From the NCBI GenBank assembly GCA_036127675.1, contig JAYYRA010000040.1:15309-79308 (forward strand): DNA of 64,000 nucleotides, in the 5' to 3' direction. This DNA is from Verrucomicrobiota bacterium. Lineage in GTDB: Bacteria; Verrucomicrobiota; Verrucomicrobiia; Opitutales; Seribacteraceae. Positions 26,589-35,985 of the stretch are shown here, piece after piece (position 1 is the stretch's first letter; every line of letters starts with the position of its first letter). The translations under genes were made by a program, and so were the position numbers. The notes under the pieces were generated by a model. That model did no database searches and was not told where the DNA came from. It was given only the letters and a program-made list of their open reading frames with translations.

Positions 26589-27562
26589 TTCTTTTTCCCA
26601 GCCAAACCATTACAGATGGCATGTATGTTGTAAGTCATCATACCGGACCATGTGGCAAGAGAACGATTCGTTCCGTTAGGGAGTTGTATGAACGCATCGG
26701 TTGGTCCGAGTGCGTCAGAGAAAAGTGGCTCTCCCAATTGAACACTCGCTTCCTTGGCAATTTCTCTTAATGCCTTTGGGTTGACGCTACTTTCTATGAA
26801 TATGCATGGCACTTTATGTACTTTTAGGTAATCAACCAAATTCGAACGATCGGCCAGACCCGCTTCCGCAGCTGTCGAAATACCCTGTAGGGCAACCACC
26901 TCCATTTCAAAGGATTTTCCGAAATAGCGAAAAGCATCATGACTAGTTACTAAAATTCGTTGCTTCGAAGGAATTTGAGCGATTTTCCTCACTCCAAATT
27001 CATGAATTCTTGCATACTCATCAGCAAGTTCCTTTGCCCTTTGTTCGATGTAACCCTTCTTTGCCGGGATGATAGAAACTAGTTTGTCGGCCAAGCCATT
27101 CATGCAATCTGTCCAAATTTCGGGATCGAACCAAAGATGAGGATCGAAATACTTCCCTTTTTTTTCTTCAGCTGGTAAAAGTAATGCTTCATCAATCTGA
27201 GAAGAAATGGAATAGATCTTTTCTGAATTTAAACCGGTAGATTCGAAAGCAGAAGCCAGTTTTCCTTCAAGCTGCAAACCATGAAAAACGATTAAATCTG
27301 CAGTGCGTAAGGATTGTAAGTCACGAGCACTTGGTTGGTAAAGATGCGGGTCTACCCCTGGGCCCATCATTGGAAGTATTTCACAAACCTCACCTGTAAG
27401 TTGTCGAACTAAGTCGGTTATGTGAGTGGTTGTGGTAACAATTGATAATTGCCTAAGGGTATCTTTTTCATCGTCCCGAGTTTGTGGAGAATTTTGGCAT
27501 CCTGTAAGAATGAAAACCGATAATATGGTGAGAATAAGTTTATGAACGGAGATATATTTCAT
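26585..27562 (-). CDS. troA: Metal ABC substrate-binding lipoprotein (TroA/MntA)
   Basis: Lipobox LTGC; GPGVDPHLY, DPHLWFD, SHDAFRYF, LFSDALG metal ligands. Confidence 0.93.
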   Translation of the reverse strand: MKYISVHKLILTILSVFILTGCQNSPQTRDDEKDTLRQLSIVTTTTHITDLVRQLTGEVCEILPMMGPGVDPHLYQPSARDLQSLRTADLIVFHGLQLEGKLASAFESTGLNSEKIYSISSQIDEALLLPAEEKKGKYFDPHLWFDPEIWTDCMNGLADKLVSIIPAKKGYIEQRAKELADEYARIHEFGVRKIAQIPSKQRILVTSHDAFRYFGKSFEMEVVALQGISTAAEAGLADRSNLVDYLKVHKVPCIFIESSVNPKALREIAKEASVQLGEPLFSDALGPTDAFIQLPNGTNRSLATWSGMMTYNIHAICNGLAGKKK

Positions 27563-27582
27563 TGGGTTTGCAAAGTATTAAC

Positions 27583-27596
27583 TTTGATCAATCAAA
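27583..27596. promoter_or_regulatory. Putative DtxR/TroR/MntR operator
   Basis: Perfect dyad TTTGAT-ca-ATCAAA between the divergent troA and regulator genes, directly after the troA -10 element. Confidence 0.65.
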
Positions 27597-27624
27597 ATAA
27601 TATCTTGGAATAACCTTGAGTCAA
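27597..27624 (-). promoter_or_regulatory. Putative sigma70 promoter of troABCD
   Basis: Minus strand TTGACT-N16-TATTAT. Confidence 0.6.
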
Positions 27625-27649
27625 CTTTGGATTTTTCTAAAAGTACTCA

Positions 27650-28315
27650 ATGCCCTCATCGACTGTAGAAAATTATCTAAAACAAATTCTAATCGTCACA
27701 CTTGATGAAAATTGCTCAAAGGTGCCTATGGGCAAAGTGGCTACAGAACTGTCGGTTACCCCAGGTACAGCAACCTCAATGGCAAAGAATATGGAGCGGG
27801 ATGGATGGTTAACTTATTATCCCCGGCAGGGAGTTGCTTTGACCCGCAAGGGTAAGAAAGTTGCAATGAATATGTTACGAAGACATCGATTGCTTGAAAC
27901 CTTTCTAGTCGAAACTCTGGATCTTGACTGGAGTGAAATTCATGCGGAGGCGGAAGAGTTGGAGCATGCGATTTCAGAAAAGGTGTTGGAAAAGTTGGAC
28001 CAGTTCCTAGGCCGACCACGGTATGATCCCCATGGTCACCCGATTCCCAGTAAGGGCGGAGTGATCCAGCGCCCTAGTTCGAGAACCTTGCAAAGTTGCA
28101 AGGTTGGAATGAAAGTAAAGATCGATTCGATCCTCGATCAGGAAAGTGAATTTTTAAAATTCGCTAGAGAAAAGAAGCTCTTGCCTGGCAGAGAAGTACG
28201 CATCATGGGCAGTGAAATTCAGGCAGATGCTGTCACTCTAAAAGTAGGCCGTGATCAACCTTTTTCGCTCGGTTTTCGTTCGGCAGAGAAAATTTTGGTT
28301 CTTGAGGTCGTCTAG
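27650..28315 (+). CDS. mntR: DtxR/MntR family metal-dependent repressor with C-terminal FeoA-like domain
   Basis: VENYLK, RRHRLLETFL, HAEAEELEH, DPHGHPIP. Confidence 0.93.
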   Translation: MPSSTVENYLKQILIVTLDENCSKVPMGKVATELSVTPGTATSMAKNMERDGWLTYYPRQGVALTRKGKKVAMNMLRRHRLLETFLVETLDLDWSEIHAEAEELEHAISEKVLEKLDQFLGRPRYDPHGHPIPSKGGVIQRPSSRTLQSCKVGMKVKIDSILDQESEFLKFAREKKLLPGREVRIMGSEIQADAVTLKVGRDQPFSLGFRSAEKILVLEVV

Positions 28316-28435
28316 TTGTCTTTCTTTTTTCAATATGGACAAGATAACTTGTAAAAAGGATTGCCCTTATTGTTTTCTTTAACACAAAACTATATTTTAG
28401 CACATTACCCTTTTAACCCCTCAAAAAATATAGTC

Positions 28436-29479
28436 ATGTCTAGATTTGTTACCTTATTCACTGGCCAATGGGCCGACTTATCCTTACCGGAACTCGCGTC
28501 CAAAGCTGCTGAAATGGGATACGATGGACTCGAATTAGCCTGCTGGGGCGACCACTTTGATGTTGATAAGGCCGCAGTCTCCAAAAAATATTGTCGGGAG
28601 CGTTGGGAGATTCTTTCGGATAATGGCTTAACTGCGTTTGCTATTTCCAGTCATCTCGTTGGTCAAGCAGTTTGTGATTTAATTGACGAGAGGCACAAAT
28701 CCATTCTCCCTCCTGATGTTTGGGGAGAAGGCGATCCTGAGAAAGTACGTCGTCGGGCGGCAAAAAAATTGGCTAAGACAGCGAAAGCTTGCCGAAATTT
28801 TATCAATGAAAAACCAGGAAGAGGTAAGAAGGATGATTTTCCTGCGGTGGTAAATGGCTTTACCGGATCCAGCATATGGCATTCAATCTATGCCTTCCCT
28901 CCAACAGATCAAGCATTCTGGGATAAGGGATTTGCAGATTTCGCCAAACGGTTTGGGCCTATCCTGCAGGAGTTTGATAAGCAGAATGTAAATTTTGCTT
29001 TGGAGGTTCATCCTACCGAAATTGCTTTTGACATTGCCAGTGCAGAGAGAGCATTAGCAGCAGTTAAAGGACACAAACGATTTGGTTTCAATTATGACCC
29101 CTCCCATCTTGGTTACCAAGGGGTGGATTATGTGAAGTTCATTCGTACTTTTCCGAAGCGTATCTATCATGCACACATGAAGGATGCATGGTGGGGTCAT
29201 GGTGATGGAACAGTTGGTGTTTTTGGTGGGCATACAACATTTGCTGATCCTCGTCGCCAGTGGGACTTTCGTTCGGTGGGCAGAGGTGATGTTGACTTTG
29301 AAGAGATTATTGTCGCATTGAATGATATTGGATACGGAGGCCCTCTTTCTGTTGAGTGGGAAGACAGCCGGATGGATCGATTTCATGGAGCGGAAGAATC
29401 TTGCGACTTCGTCAAGGCACTAGATTTCGAACCGAATCAAATGGCCTTTGATTCTGCGTTTGATAAAGAAAATCAATAA
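28436..29479 (+). CDS. Sugar phosphate isomerase/epimerase (xylose isomerase-like TIM barrel)
   Basis: [49 protein letters not shown]; ATG 28436 preferred. Confidence 0.9.
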   Translation: MSRFVTLFTGQWADLSLPELASKAAEMGYDGLELACWGDHFDVDKAAVSKKYCRERWEILSDNGLTAFAISSHLVGQAVCDLIDERHKSILPPDVWGEGDPEKVRRRAAKKLAKTAKACRNFINEKPGRGKKDDFPAVVNGFTGSSIWHSIYAFPPTDQAFWDKGFADFAKRFGPILQEFDKQNVNFALEVHPTEIAFDIASAERALAAVKGHKRFGFNYDPSHLGYQGVDYVKFIRTFPKRIYHAHMKDAWWGHGDGTVGVFGGHTTFADPRRQWDFRSVGRGDVDFEEIIVALNDIGYGGPLSVEWEDSRMDRFHGAEESCDFVKALDFEPNQMAFDSAFDKENQ

Positions 29480-29487
29480 TTAAGATT

Positions 29488-30654
29488 ATGAAAAGAAAGT
29501 TACGCATGGGAATGGTCGGAGGGGGCAGGGGAGCCTTTATCGGCGGTGTGCATCGCAGGGCAGCTGCCTTGGATGGCAAGATAGAATTGGTAGCTGGTGC
29601 CTTTTCATCCGACCCGAAGAAATCAGCCCTTTCAGGAAAAGATTTCTTTCTCGATCCATCCAGAGTATACGGCTCCTATCATGAAATGGTTGAGAAGGAG
29701 AAAGCTCTACCTGAGGGAGAAAGAATCGACTTCGTCTCGATCGTGGTCCAAAACCATCTTCACTTCGAGGTGGCCAAGACATTTTTGGAGGCAGGGTTCA
29801 ATGTCATTTGCGACAAGCCAGTAACCTATGATCTAGCTCAAGCTAGAGAACTAAGAAAGATCGTAAAAAAGTCCAAAAAAGTCTTTGCTTTGACTCATAA
29901 TTACACGGGCTACCCTATGGTAAAGCTCGCTCGTCAAATGATCCGTAAAGGTGAACTTGGCAATCTGATCAAGGTGGTCTGCGAATATCCTCAGGGTTAT
30001 GCGATTACCGCTCTGACTGGTGAAGAAAAGGCGATTGCCAACTGGAGGGCAAATCCCGAAATCGCTGGAATTTCTAATTGTATGGGGGACATCGGTACTC
30101 ATGCTGAGAATCTGGTTCATTACATTACCGGACTTGAGATCGATAAGCTTTGTGCGGATCTTTCAGTTAATATTCCAAACCGTAAATTGGATGATGACGG
30201 AAATGTTTTGATCCGATTTAAGGGAGGAGCACGGGGAATTATTTATGCCTCTCAAGTCTCCAATGGTGATGAGAACGATCTGAACATACGGGTCTACGGA
30301 ACAAAAAAGTCAATAGAGTGGCATCAAGAGGAACCAAATGACCTCATAGTAAAAGATGCCCGAACTCCCAGACAAGTCTATCGTCGTGGAAATGGTTACA
30401 TTACCGGTGCCGCAGTTGAGCATACTCGTATTCCTTTTGGACACCCTGAGGGTTTTATCGAAGCTTTTGCCAATGTTTACAATTGTGCTTCGGTTGCGAT
30501 TAAAGATGAAATTGCGGGAAAATTTCCTCGCAAATCAGGTTATGACTTTCCTGATATTCGGGATGGCATTATTGGAATGGCATTTATCGAAACCGTTGTG
30601 AAAAGTTCAAAATCTAAGCAAAAATGGGTTAGTTTCCCATCAATCCCTAAATAA
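29488..30654 (+). CDS. Gfo/Idh/MocA family oxidoreductase
   Basis: GMVGGGRGAFIG, CDKP, HNYTGYPMV, GDIGTH, GHPEGFIEAFAN. Confidence 0.92.
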   Translation: MKRKLRMGMVGGGRGAFIGGVHRRAAALDGKIELVAGAFSSDPKKSALSGKDFFLDPSRVYGSYHEMVEKEKALPEGERIDFVSIVVQNHLHFEVAKTFLEAGFNVICDKPVTYDLAQARELRKIVKKSKKVFALTHNYTGYPMVKLARQMIRKGELGNLIKVVCEYPQGYAITALTGEEKAIANWRANPEIAGISNCMGDIGTHAENLVHYITGLEIDKLCADLSVNIPNRKLDDDGNVLIRFKGGARGIIYASQVSNGDENDLNIRVYGTKKSIEWHQEEPNDLIVKDARTPRQVYRRGNGYITGAAVEHTRIPFGHPEGFIEAFANVYNCASVAIKDEIAGKFPRKSGYDFPDIRDGIIGMAFIETVVKSSKSKQKWVSFPSIPK

Positions 30655-30665
30655 TTAAATTTTTT

Positions 30666-31751
30666 ATGAGCCTAAAAATTGGAATCATCGGAGCAGGTGG
30701 AATGCTACAATATCACGCTGCTGGATTTAAAGATGCAGGGGCCGAGCTATTTGCCGTTTGTGATATGAATCAGACCGCGGCAAACAAGGCGGCTGAAGAT
30801 TACGGGATTTCAATGGTTTTTTCGGATTCTCAGAAAATGCTGGATGAATTGAAGGAATTGGATGCGGTTAGTATCATCACTCCGAACCGAACCCATAAAC
30901 CACTTGCAATTCAGGCACTTCAGGCCGGCAAACATGTGTTTTGCGAGAAGCCCCCAGCTCTTAATTCAAAAGAAGTTGCGGAAATGAAAGATGCAGCTGA
31001 GCAGGCCGATAAGACTTTGATGTTTAATTTTAACAACCGAGCACGTCCGGAATCTTATGCCTTAAGAAAATACATTGAAGCAGGCGAAGTTGGAACAATT
31101 AATTCCGCCCAAGCGAAATGGATACGACGTACTGGTATTCCGGGTTTTGGAGGCTGGTTCACTAATAAGGAGCTTTCCGGCGGAGGACCTTTAATCGATC
31201 TGCTACATATGATAGACCTTGCTATGTTCTACATGGACTATCCTAATCCCTCTTATGTATTGGCTCAAACCTTCAGCGATTTTATTGAAGATAAAAATTT
31301 TAAAGGGCCTTGGGGTATACCGGATGTCAAGGACGGCGTGACCGATGTTGAGAGTGCGGCACACGGTTTTGTTCGTTTTGAGACTGGTCAAGTTTTGAGC
31401 TTCCAAGTTTCTTGGGCTGAGATGAACAAGAGAGAGGAAGTGTCCGTAACCTTTCAAGGACAGAAAGCAGGCGGTATGATTCGTCGCTTATTTGGCACCG
31501 ATGGTCTGGATGAAACCGCAATTGATGATTGCGAATTGTATGTACAGGAACATGGAAGTTCTGTAAACCGATCCATTGTTTCCGATGAGAGCGAAGATAT
31601 GGGCCGGATCCGTTCTGCAGAAAACTTTGTGCGGTCGATTAAGGGTGAGGAGAAACCCTTAAACACACCAGATCAAGCTCTCAAGTTGATGAGAACTATT
31701 GATGCGACCTATGAATCAGCAGAAACCGGGCAACCTGTACAGATTGCTTGA
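30666..31751 (+). CDS. Gfo/Idh/MocA family oxidoreductase
   Basis: GIIGAG, KHVFCEKP, GWFT...SGGGPLID..H. Confidence 0.92.
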   Translation: MSLKIGIIGAGGMLQYHAAGFKDAGAELFAVCDMNQTAANKAAEDYGISMVFSDSQKMLDELKELDAVSIITPNRTHKPLAIQALQAGKHVFCEKPPALNSKEVAEMKDAAEQADKTLMFNFNNRARPESYALRKYIEAGEVGTINSAQAKWIRRTGIPGFGGWFTNKELSGGGPLIDLLHMIDLAMFYMDYPNPSYVLAQTFSDFIEDKNFKGPWGIPDVKDGVTDVESAAHGFVRFETGQVLSFQVSWAEMNKREEVSVTFQGQKAGGMIRRLFGTDGLDETAIDDCELYVQEHGSSVNRSIVSDESEDMGRIRSAENFVRSIKGEEKPLNTPDQALKLMRTIDATYESAETGQPVQIA

Positions 31752-31794
31752 GGCTTGCCAGAATCCATCATATAAAACATTTTAATCCTTCTTT

Positions 31795-32085
31795 ATGGGT
31801 AAACAATACAACAAATTGATCAAAAGAAGAAGACGATCTGCTTATCTTGCTCGTCGAAAAGCCGCCTTATTAACGGAAAAGGCTTCAGGAAAGAAAAGTA
31901 CCAAGTCTACTACAAACAAAACCGTGGCTCGCAAAAAAGCCGGCACGAAGGCAACTTCCAAAACATCATCTAAGAAAGTTAAGGAAGAGGTCGCGGAGAA
32001 AGCCAAGCCAAAGGATGTTCTAGGCCCTGAATCCTCCGCGGAAGAAATTCCAACCGAACAGCCTGAAAAAGATTCCGAAAGCTGA
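31795..32085 (+). CDS. Small protein with very basic N-terminus and acidic tail
   Basis: KRRRRSAYLARRK, Lys/Thr/Ser-rich middle, Glu-rich end; fills the gap between two genes. Confidence 0.7.
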   Translation: MGKQYNKLIKRRRRSAYLARRKAALLTEKASGKKSTKSTTNKTVARKKAGTKATSKTSSKKVKEEVAEKAKPKDVLGPESSAEEIPTEQPEKDSES

Positions 32086-32105
32086 ATAATCGAAGGGTTA
32101 AATCA

Positions 32106-32582
32106 ATGATTTTTCCCAAAATTGGTTTTTTTTTCGCTAGTGTAGCCATTGTTTCTAGTGGTTGGGCTGCAATCGACTTGAAGGTCTTCTCCCAGTCTTA
32201 TTGGGAGCACTACGATTTTGTCCGAGTTAGCGAGTACTTTACCAGGAAGGAAAATACCAGCAACCGAATCATTCTTAGAACCCAAGAAGAATCCAGAGCT
32301 GGATTCTACTTTTTTATTGAAATTGAATCGAACAACTTAGCCTTAAAAGCATCCGATCTATCACTGGAATTAAAGGTTTTGGATTCAGTTTCAATTGATG
32401 CTAAGAATTATCAATTCGCACTTCCAATTCAAGTTTTTCGGAAGGGTAAATTCTTGCTCGGACTAACTGGAGAAGATTGGCCCAATCGAAAGATTCAACC
32501 TTTAGCCTGGTATCTTAGAGTTTATTCCAAGGATGGAGAGACTGTAGCCAGTACGCAAAGTTTTCTTTGGTCTCATCAATAA
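32106..32582 (+). CDS. Conserved-looking exported hypothetical protein
   Basis: Signal peptide; FVRVSEYFTRKEN, R.GFYF, GLTGEDW, SFLW. Confidence 0.7.
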   Translation: MIFPKIGFFFASVAIVSSGWAAIDLKVFSQSYWEHYDFVRVSEYFTRKENTSNRIILRTQEESRAGFYFFIEIESNNLALKASDLSLELKVLDSVSIDAKNYQFALPIQVFRKGKFLLGLTGEDWPNRKIQPLAWYLRVYSKDGETVASTQSFLWSHQ

Positions 32583-33472
32583 TAAATACCCCTCTCGAAT
32601 CATCAGAATGGAGATTAATTGATCCCTGCGGTTTAACTGATTTGAGTCTGACCGAAACTTTGTCGGGAGGGCAATCATTCGTCTGGGATCAGAAAGAATC
32701 TGGAGAATGGGAAGGGGTTATTGCTGGCACCCGAATTTCCTTGCGTTTGAACAAGGACAGTTTGGCATGGAAAAATCAAGGACCCAAAGATTTTTCAGAG
32801 CAGGAATTAATTGATTATCTCTGGCTGGATGACTCCTACCGGGAAGCTACGGATAACTTACCCTGGAGATCAGACCCATTTCTCAAACTGTGCATGGACT
32901 TGCTCCCCGGGTTGAGAATTCTAAAACAACCCTTAGACGAAACCCTTTTTTATTTTTTACTCAGCCCGGTAAAAAGTATACCTCAGATAAAAGAGATTGG
33001 GAGTTTGATAGCAAAGAACTTTGGAGAAGGTTTGGGGCATGGAAAGTATGCTTTTCCAGGATGGAGTCGTTTGGCAGAAATCTCGGAAGGGGAGCTTCGT
33101 GAATTAAAACTTGGATATCGTGCTAAAAATGTCGCAGGTACTGCTAACTTTTTAAAGACTAGACCGAATTGGTTACCCTCCCTGAGTGGAAAAGGTTATT
33201 CGGAAGCCAAGATTGAACTAATGAAATTACCTGGAGTCGGTCCAAAAATTGCAGATTGCGTATTACTTTTTGGGGCTCGCAAATACCAGGCCTTTCCGAT
33301 TGATACCTGGATCGAAAAAGTTTTGAGCAAACGTTATGGACTTTCGAAGTGGAATACAGAACAAAAGTTACAGTTTGCTGAATTACATTTCGGCTCTTTC
33401 GCAGGATTGGCTCAACAATTCTTTTTCTCAGCTGAACGCCTCGGACAATTGGATACTAAGATAAAGATTTAG
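32567..33472 (+). CDS. ogg: 8-oxoguanine DNA glycosylase (OGG/HhH-GPD family)
   Basis: TLSGGQSFVW, GLRILKQP, LGYRAK, LPGVGPKIADC, AFPIDTW. Confidence 0.88.
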   Translation: MVSSIINTPLESSEWRLIDPCGLTDLSLTETLSGGQSFVWDQKESGEWEGVIAGTRISLRLNKDSLAWKNQGPKDFSEQELIDYLWLDDSYREATDNLPWRSDPFLKLCMDLLPGLRILKQPLDETLFYFLLSPVKSIPQIKEIGSLIAKNFGEGLGHGKYAFPGWSRLAEISEGELRELKLGYRAKNVAGTANFLKTRPNWLPSLSGKGYSEAKIELMKLPGVGPKIADCVLLFGARKYQAFPIDTWIEKVLSKRYGLSKWNTEQKLQFAELHFGSFAGLAQQFFFSAERLGQLDTKIKI

Positions 33473-33499
33473 AGATCAAAAAAAACTTTCGCCAATAGA

Positions 33500-33515
33500 T
33501 GGCGCGTAATTTGCA
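33500..33515 (+). promoter_or_regulatory. Sigma54 (RpoN) -24/-12 promoter
   Basis: TGGCGCG-TAAT-TTGCA with exact GG-N10-GC spacing, intergenic, 21 nt before the ATP-grasp ATG. Confidence 0.75.
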
Positions 33516-33536
33516 GGATTGTCACTGTCTTAGCCA

Positions 33537-34982
33537 ATGAACTCTAGCCCTTTTGAAAATTATCAATTAAACAATTTCTTTGATGAGATGTTTGGACTCT
33601 CCAGTGATATGCCATTGCCTCACTACCAAAAAGTCTATGCTCGGGTTTCCAAACTTACTCCATACGAAATCAGGGAAAAACGAAGGCTCGCGGATTCCTC
33701 TTTTTTAGAGCATGGAGTGACATTCACAGTTTATGGTGATGAGGATGGAACGGAAAAAATTTTCCCGTTTGATTTGATCCCGAGAATTATTCCGGATTCC
33801 GAATGGCAATTAATCGAACAAGGGCTTAGGCAACGAATTATTGCCATCAATCTCTTTCTGAATGATATCTATCATGACGGAAAAATTCTGGCGGATGGTG
33901 TTATTCCCCGTGAAGTTGTCGAATCCTCACCGAATTTTCGAAAAGAAATGGTTGGTATTGATGTGCCTAGAGACATTTATGTCCATGTCTGTGGATCTGA
34001 TTTGATTCGGGATAATCAGGGGACTTACTTCGTATTAGAAGACAACGGCAGATGTCCTTCTGGCGTTTCCTATTTACTTGAGAACCGAGAAATCATGAAA
34101 CGAACCTTTCCTCAGACTTTTCAGGGAATGTCGGTTCGGTCCGTTGAATCTTATCCCGACCTTTTGCTTTCCACCCTTGAATATCTGTCTCCTAGAAGTT
34201 CACAAAAACCAGTGTGTGTGGTGTTAACTCCCGGAGTTTATAATAGTGCTTATTTTGAGCATACCTTTTTAGCCCGTCAAATGGGTATTGAAATCGTCGA
34301 AGGTAAGGATTTGGTTGCGATCGACGATTATGTTTACATGCGAACCACCCATGGTTTGGTTCAAGTCGATGTAATTTACCGTCGGTTGGATGATGACTTT
34401 TTAGACCCTTCTTTCTTTCACAATGATTCCGTACTTGGAGTGAATGGTCTAATGAACGCATATTTAAAGGGTAATGTCGCATTGGCTAATGGAATAGGAA
34501 CCGGGGTTGCCGATGATAAGGTTACCTATGCTTATGTGCCTGAAATGATAAAATATTATCTTGGACAAGACCCAATCTTACCAAATGTCCCCACTTATCT
34601 TTGTTGGAAAGACAGCGATCGGAAATATGTTTTGGATAACTTGGAGAATTTAGTCGTAAAACCAGCAAATGAATCAGGAGGATATGGTTTATTGGTGGGA
34701 ACCGCTTCAACTCAAAAGGAAAGAGAAGAATGTAAGCAGAGAATCATGGCGAATCCACGAGATTACATTGCACAACCCATTGTTTCACTTTCTCGTCACC
34801 CGACAATTTTTGGTGAATCGGTCGAAGGTAGGCATGTCGATCTTCGACCATTTATCCTTTACGGAAAGGATGTTGAAATCATACCCGGAGGTTTAACTCG
34901 GGTGGCCCTTCGAAAGGATTCTTTAGTTGTAAATTCTTCTCAGGGAGGCGGAAGTAAAGACACTTGGGTATTGAAGGATTAA
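33537..34982 (+). CDS. Circularly permuted type 2 ATP-grasp protein
   Basis: [19 protein letters not shown]...[46 protein letters not shown]. Confidence 0.95.
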   Translation: MNSSPFENYQLNNFFDEMFGLSSDMPLPHYQKVYARVSKLTPYEIREKRRLADSSFLEHGVTFTVYGDEDGTEKIFPFDLIPRIIPDSEWQLIEQGLRQRIIAINLFLNDIYHDGKILADGVIPREVVESSPNFRKEMVGIDVPRDIYVHVCGSDLIRDNQGTYFVLEDNGRCPSGVSYLLENREIMKRTFPQTFQGMSVRSVESYPDLLLSTLEYLSPRSSQKPVCVVLTPGVYNSAYFEHTFLARQMGIEIVEGKDLVAIDDYVYMRTTHGLVQVDVIYRRLDDDFLDPSFFHNDSVLGVNGLMNAYLKGNVALANGIGTGVADDKVTYAYVPEMIKYYLGQDPILPNVPTYLCWKDSDRKYVLDNLENLVVKPANESGGYGLLVGTASTQKEREECKQRIMANPRDYIAQPIVSLSRHPTIFGESVEGRHVDLRPFILYGKDVEIIPGGLTRVALRKDSLVVNSSQGGGSKDTWVLKD

Positions 34983-34988
34983 TTGAAT

Positions 34989-35954
34989 ATGTTGTCACGG
35001 GTTGCAGATAATTTGTATTGGATGAACCGCTATGTTGAGCGAGCGGAGAGCGTGATTCGGTTGGTTGAGGTCAACCAAGATACTTTGCTTGAGATAGCAG
35101 GTAACAAAGCGATGGAACAGTTTTGGTTTTCCGCTCTTCAGGCTTTTTGTGCTGAGGAGTGCATGGTACAGGAAAAGGATACTTCGGTTGAAAAGTTCTT
35201 CGTCTTTTCAAATGAATGGCCAAGCTCAGTTAGAAATTGTATCTATTCCGCAAGAGAAAATGCCCGAATGGTTCGAGATCAATTATCGGAAGAAATTTGG
35301 GTCGAACTCAATAGCATTTATCACTTCTTTCGAAATTCCGATGCGGAGGGACTTTTCAAAGGAAATTCTCGACAGTTTTATCGAAGATTACTGAGGTTCT
35401 CATTGGTATTTCAGGGTTTGTCGGATTCAACCGTTCATCATGACGAGGGTTGGCGTTTTATGTCTTTGGGGAAATATCTTGAACGGGCGGATCAAACCAG
35501 TCGAGTCATCGATGCACTTACGATGAAGGGGGCGATTCCTTCCAGAAGTGATCTCATTTCCGCGTTGCGTATTTGCTCCGCACTTACCGCTTTCCGTAAA
35601 CAATACAGGGGGGAACTATCTTTGAGAAATGTGGCCGAGTTCCTTCTCTTTTCCCAAGATTTTCCTCGCTCCATACGGTTTTCCATCCGCAGGATTGACT
35701 CTTATCTTCATGATTTGTCCGGTGTTCCTAGCGGGAACTTTTCTAACGAGGCCGAGAGGCTTGCGGGGAGTGCTTTAGCCACCGTAAATTTTACGAATAT
35801 TGACACCATGATTGAGCGGGGATTGCATGCTTCCTTGGACGAATTGCAATTCTGTTTGAAGGATGTGGGTCAGAAGATATATGAGACCTATGTTATGTCG
35901 CCTGTTGACCTGTCCAACTCAACGGAAGAACAAGCCATTCAGTCCCAGCAATGA
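34989..35954 (+). CDS. Alpha-E domain protein
   Basis: MLSRVADNLYWMNRYVERAE, ARENARMVR, GKYLERAD, FPRS. Confidence 0.93.
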   Translation: MLSRVADNLYWMNRYVERAESVIRLVEVNQDTLLEIAGNKAMEQFWFSALQAFCAEECMVQEKDTSVEKFFVFSNEWPSSVRNCIYSARENARMVRDQLSEEIWVELNSIYHFFRNSDAEGLFKGNSRQFYRRLLRFSLVFQGLSDSTVHHDEGWRFMSLGKYLERADQTSRVIDALTMKGAIPSRSDLISALRICSALTAFRKQYRGELSLRNVAEFLLFSQDFPRSIRFSIRRIDSYLHDLSGVPSGNFSNEAERLAGSALATVNFTNIDTMIERGLHASLDELQFCLKDVGQKIYETYVMSPVDLSNSTEEQAIQSQQ

Positions 35955-35985
35955 TCCCTTTGATTTTTTAGCTAACGGTTTAATA

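Noticed and set aside
33300-33499. Search for an NtrC-type enhancer upstream of the sigma54 promoter
   Set aside because: No convincing TGCAC-N7-GTGCA-like dyad found by eye, so the activator remains unidentified.
35863-35985. ORF-track 5' extension of the transglutaminase
   Set aside because: Overlaps the alpha-E gene; the family N-terminus begins at ATG 35986.
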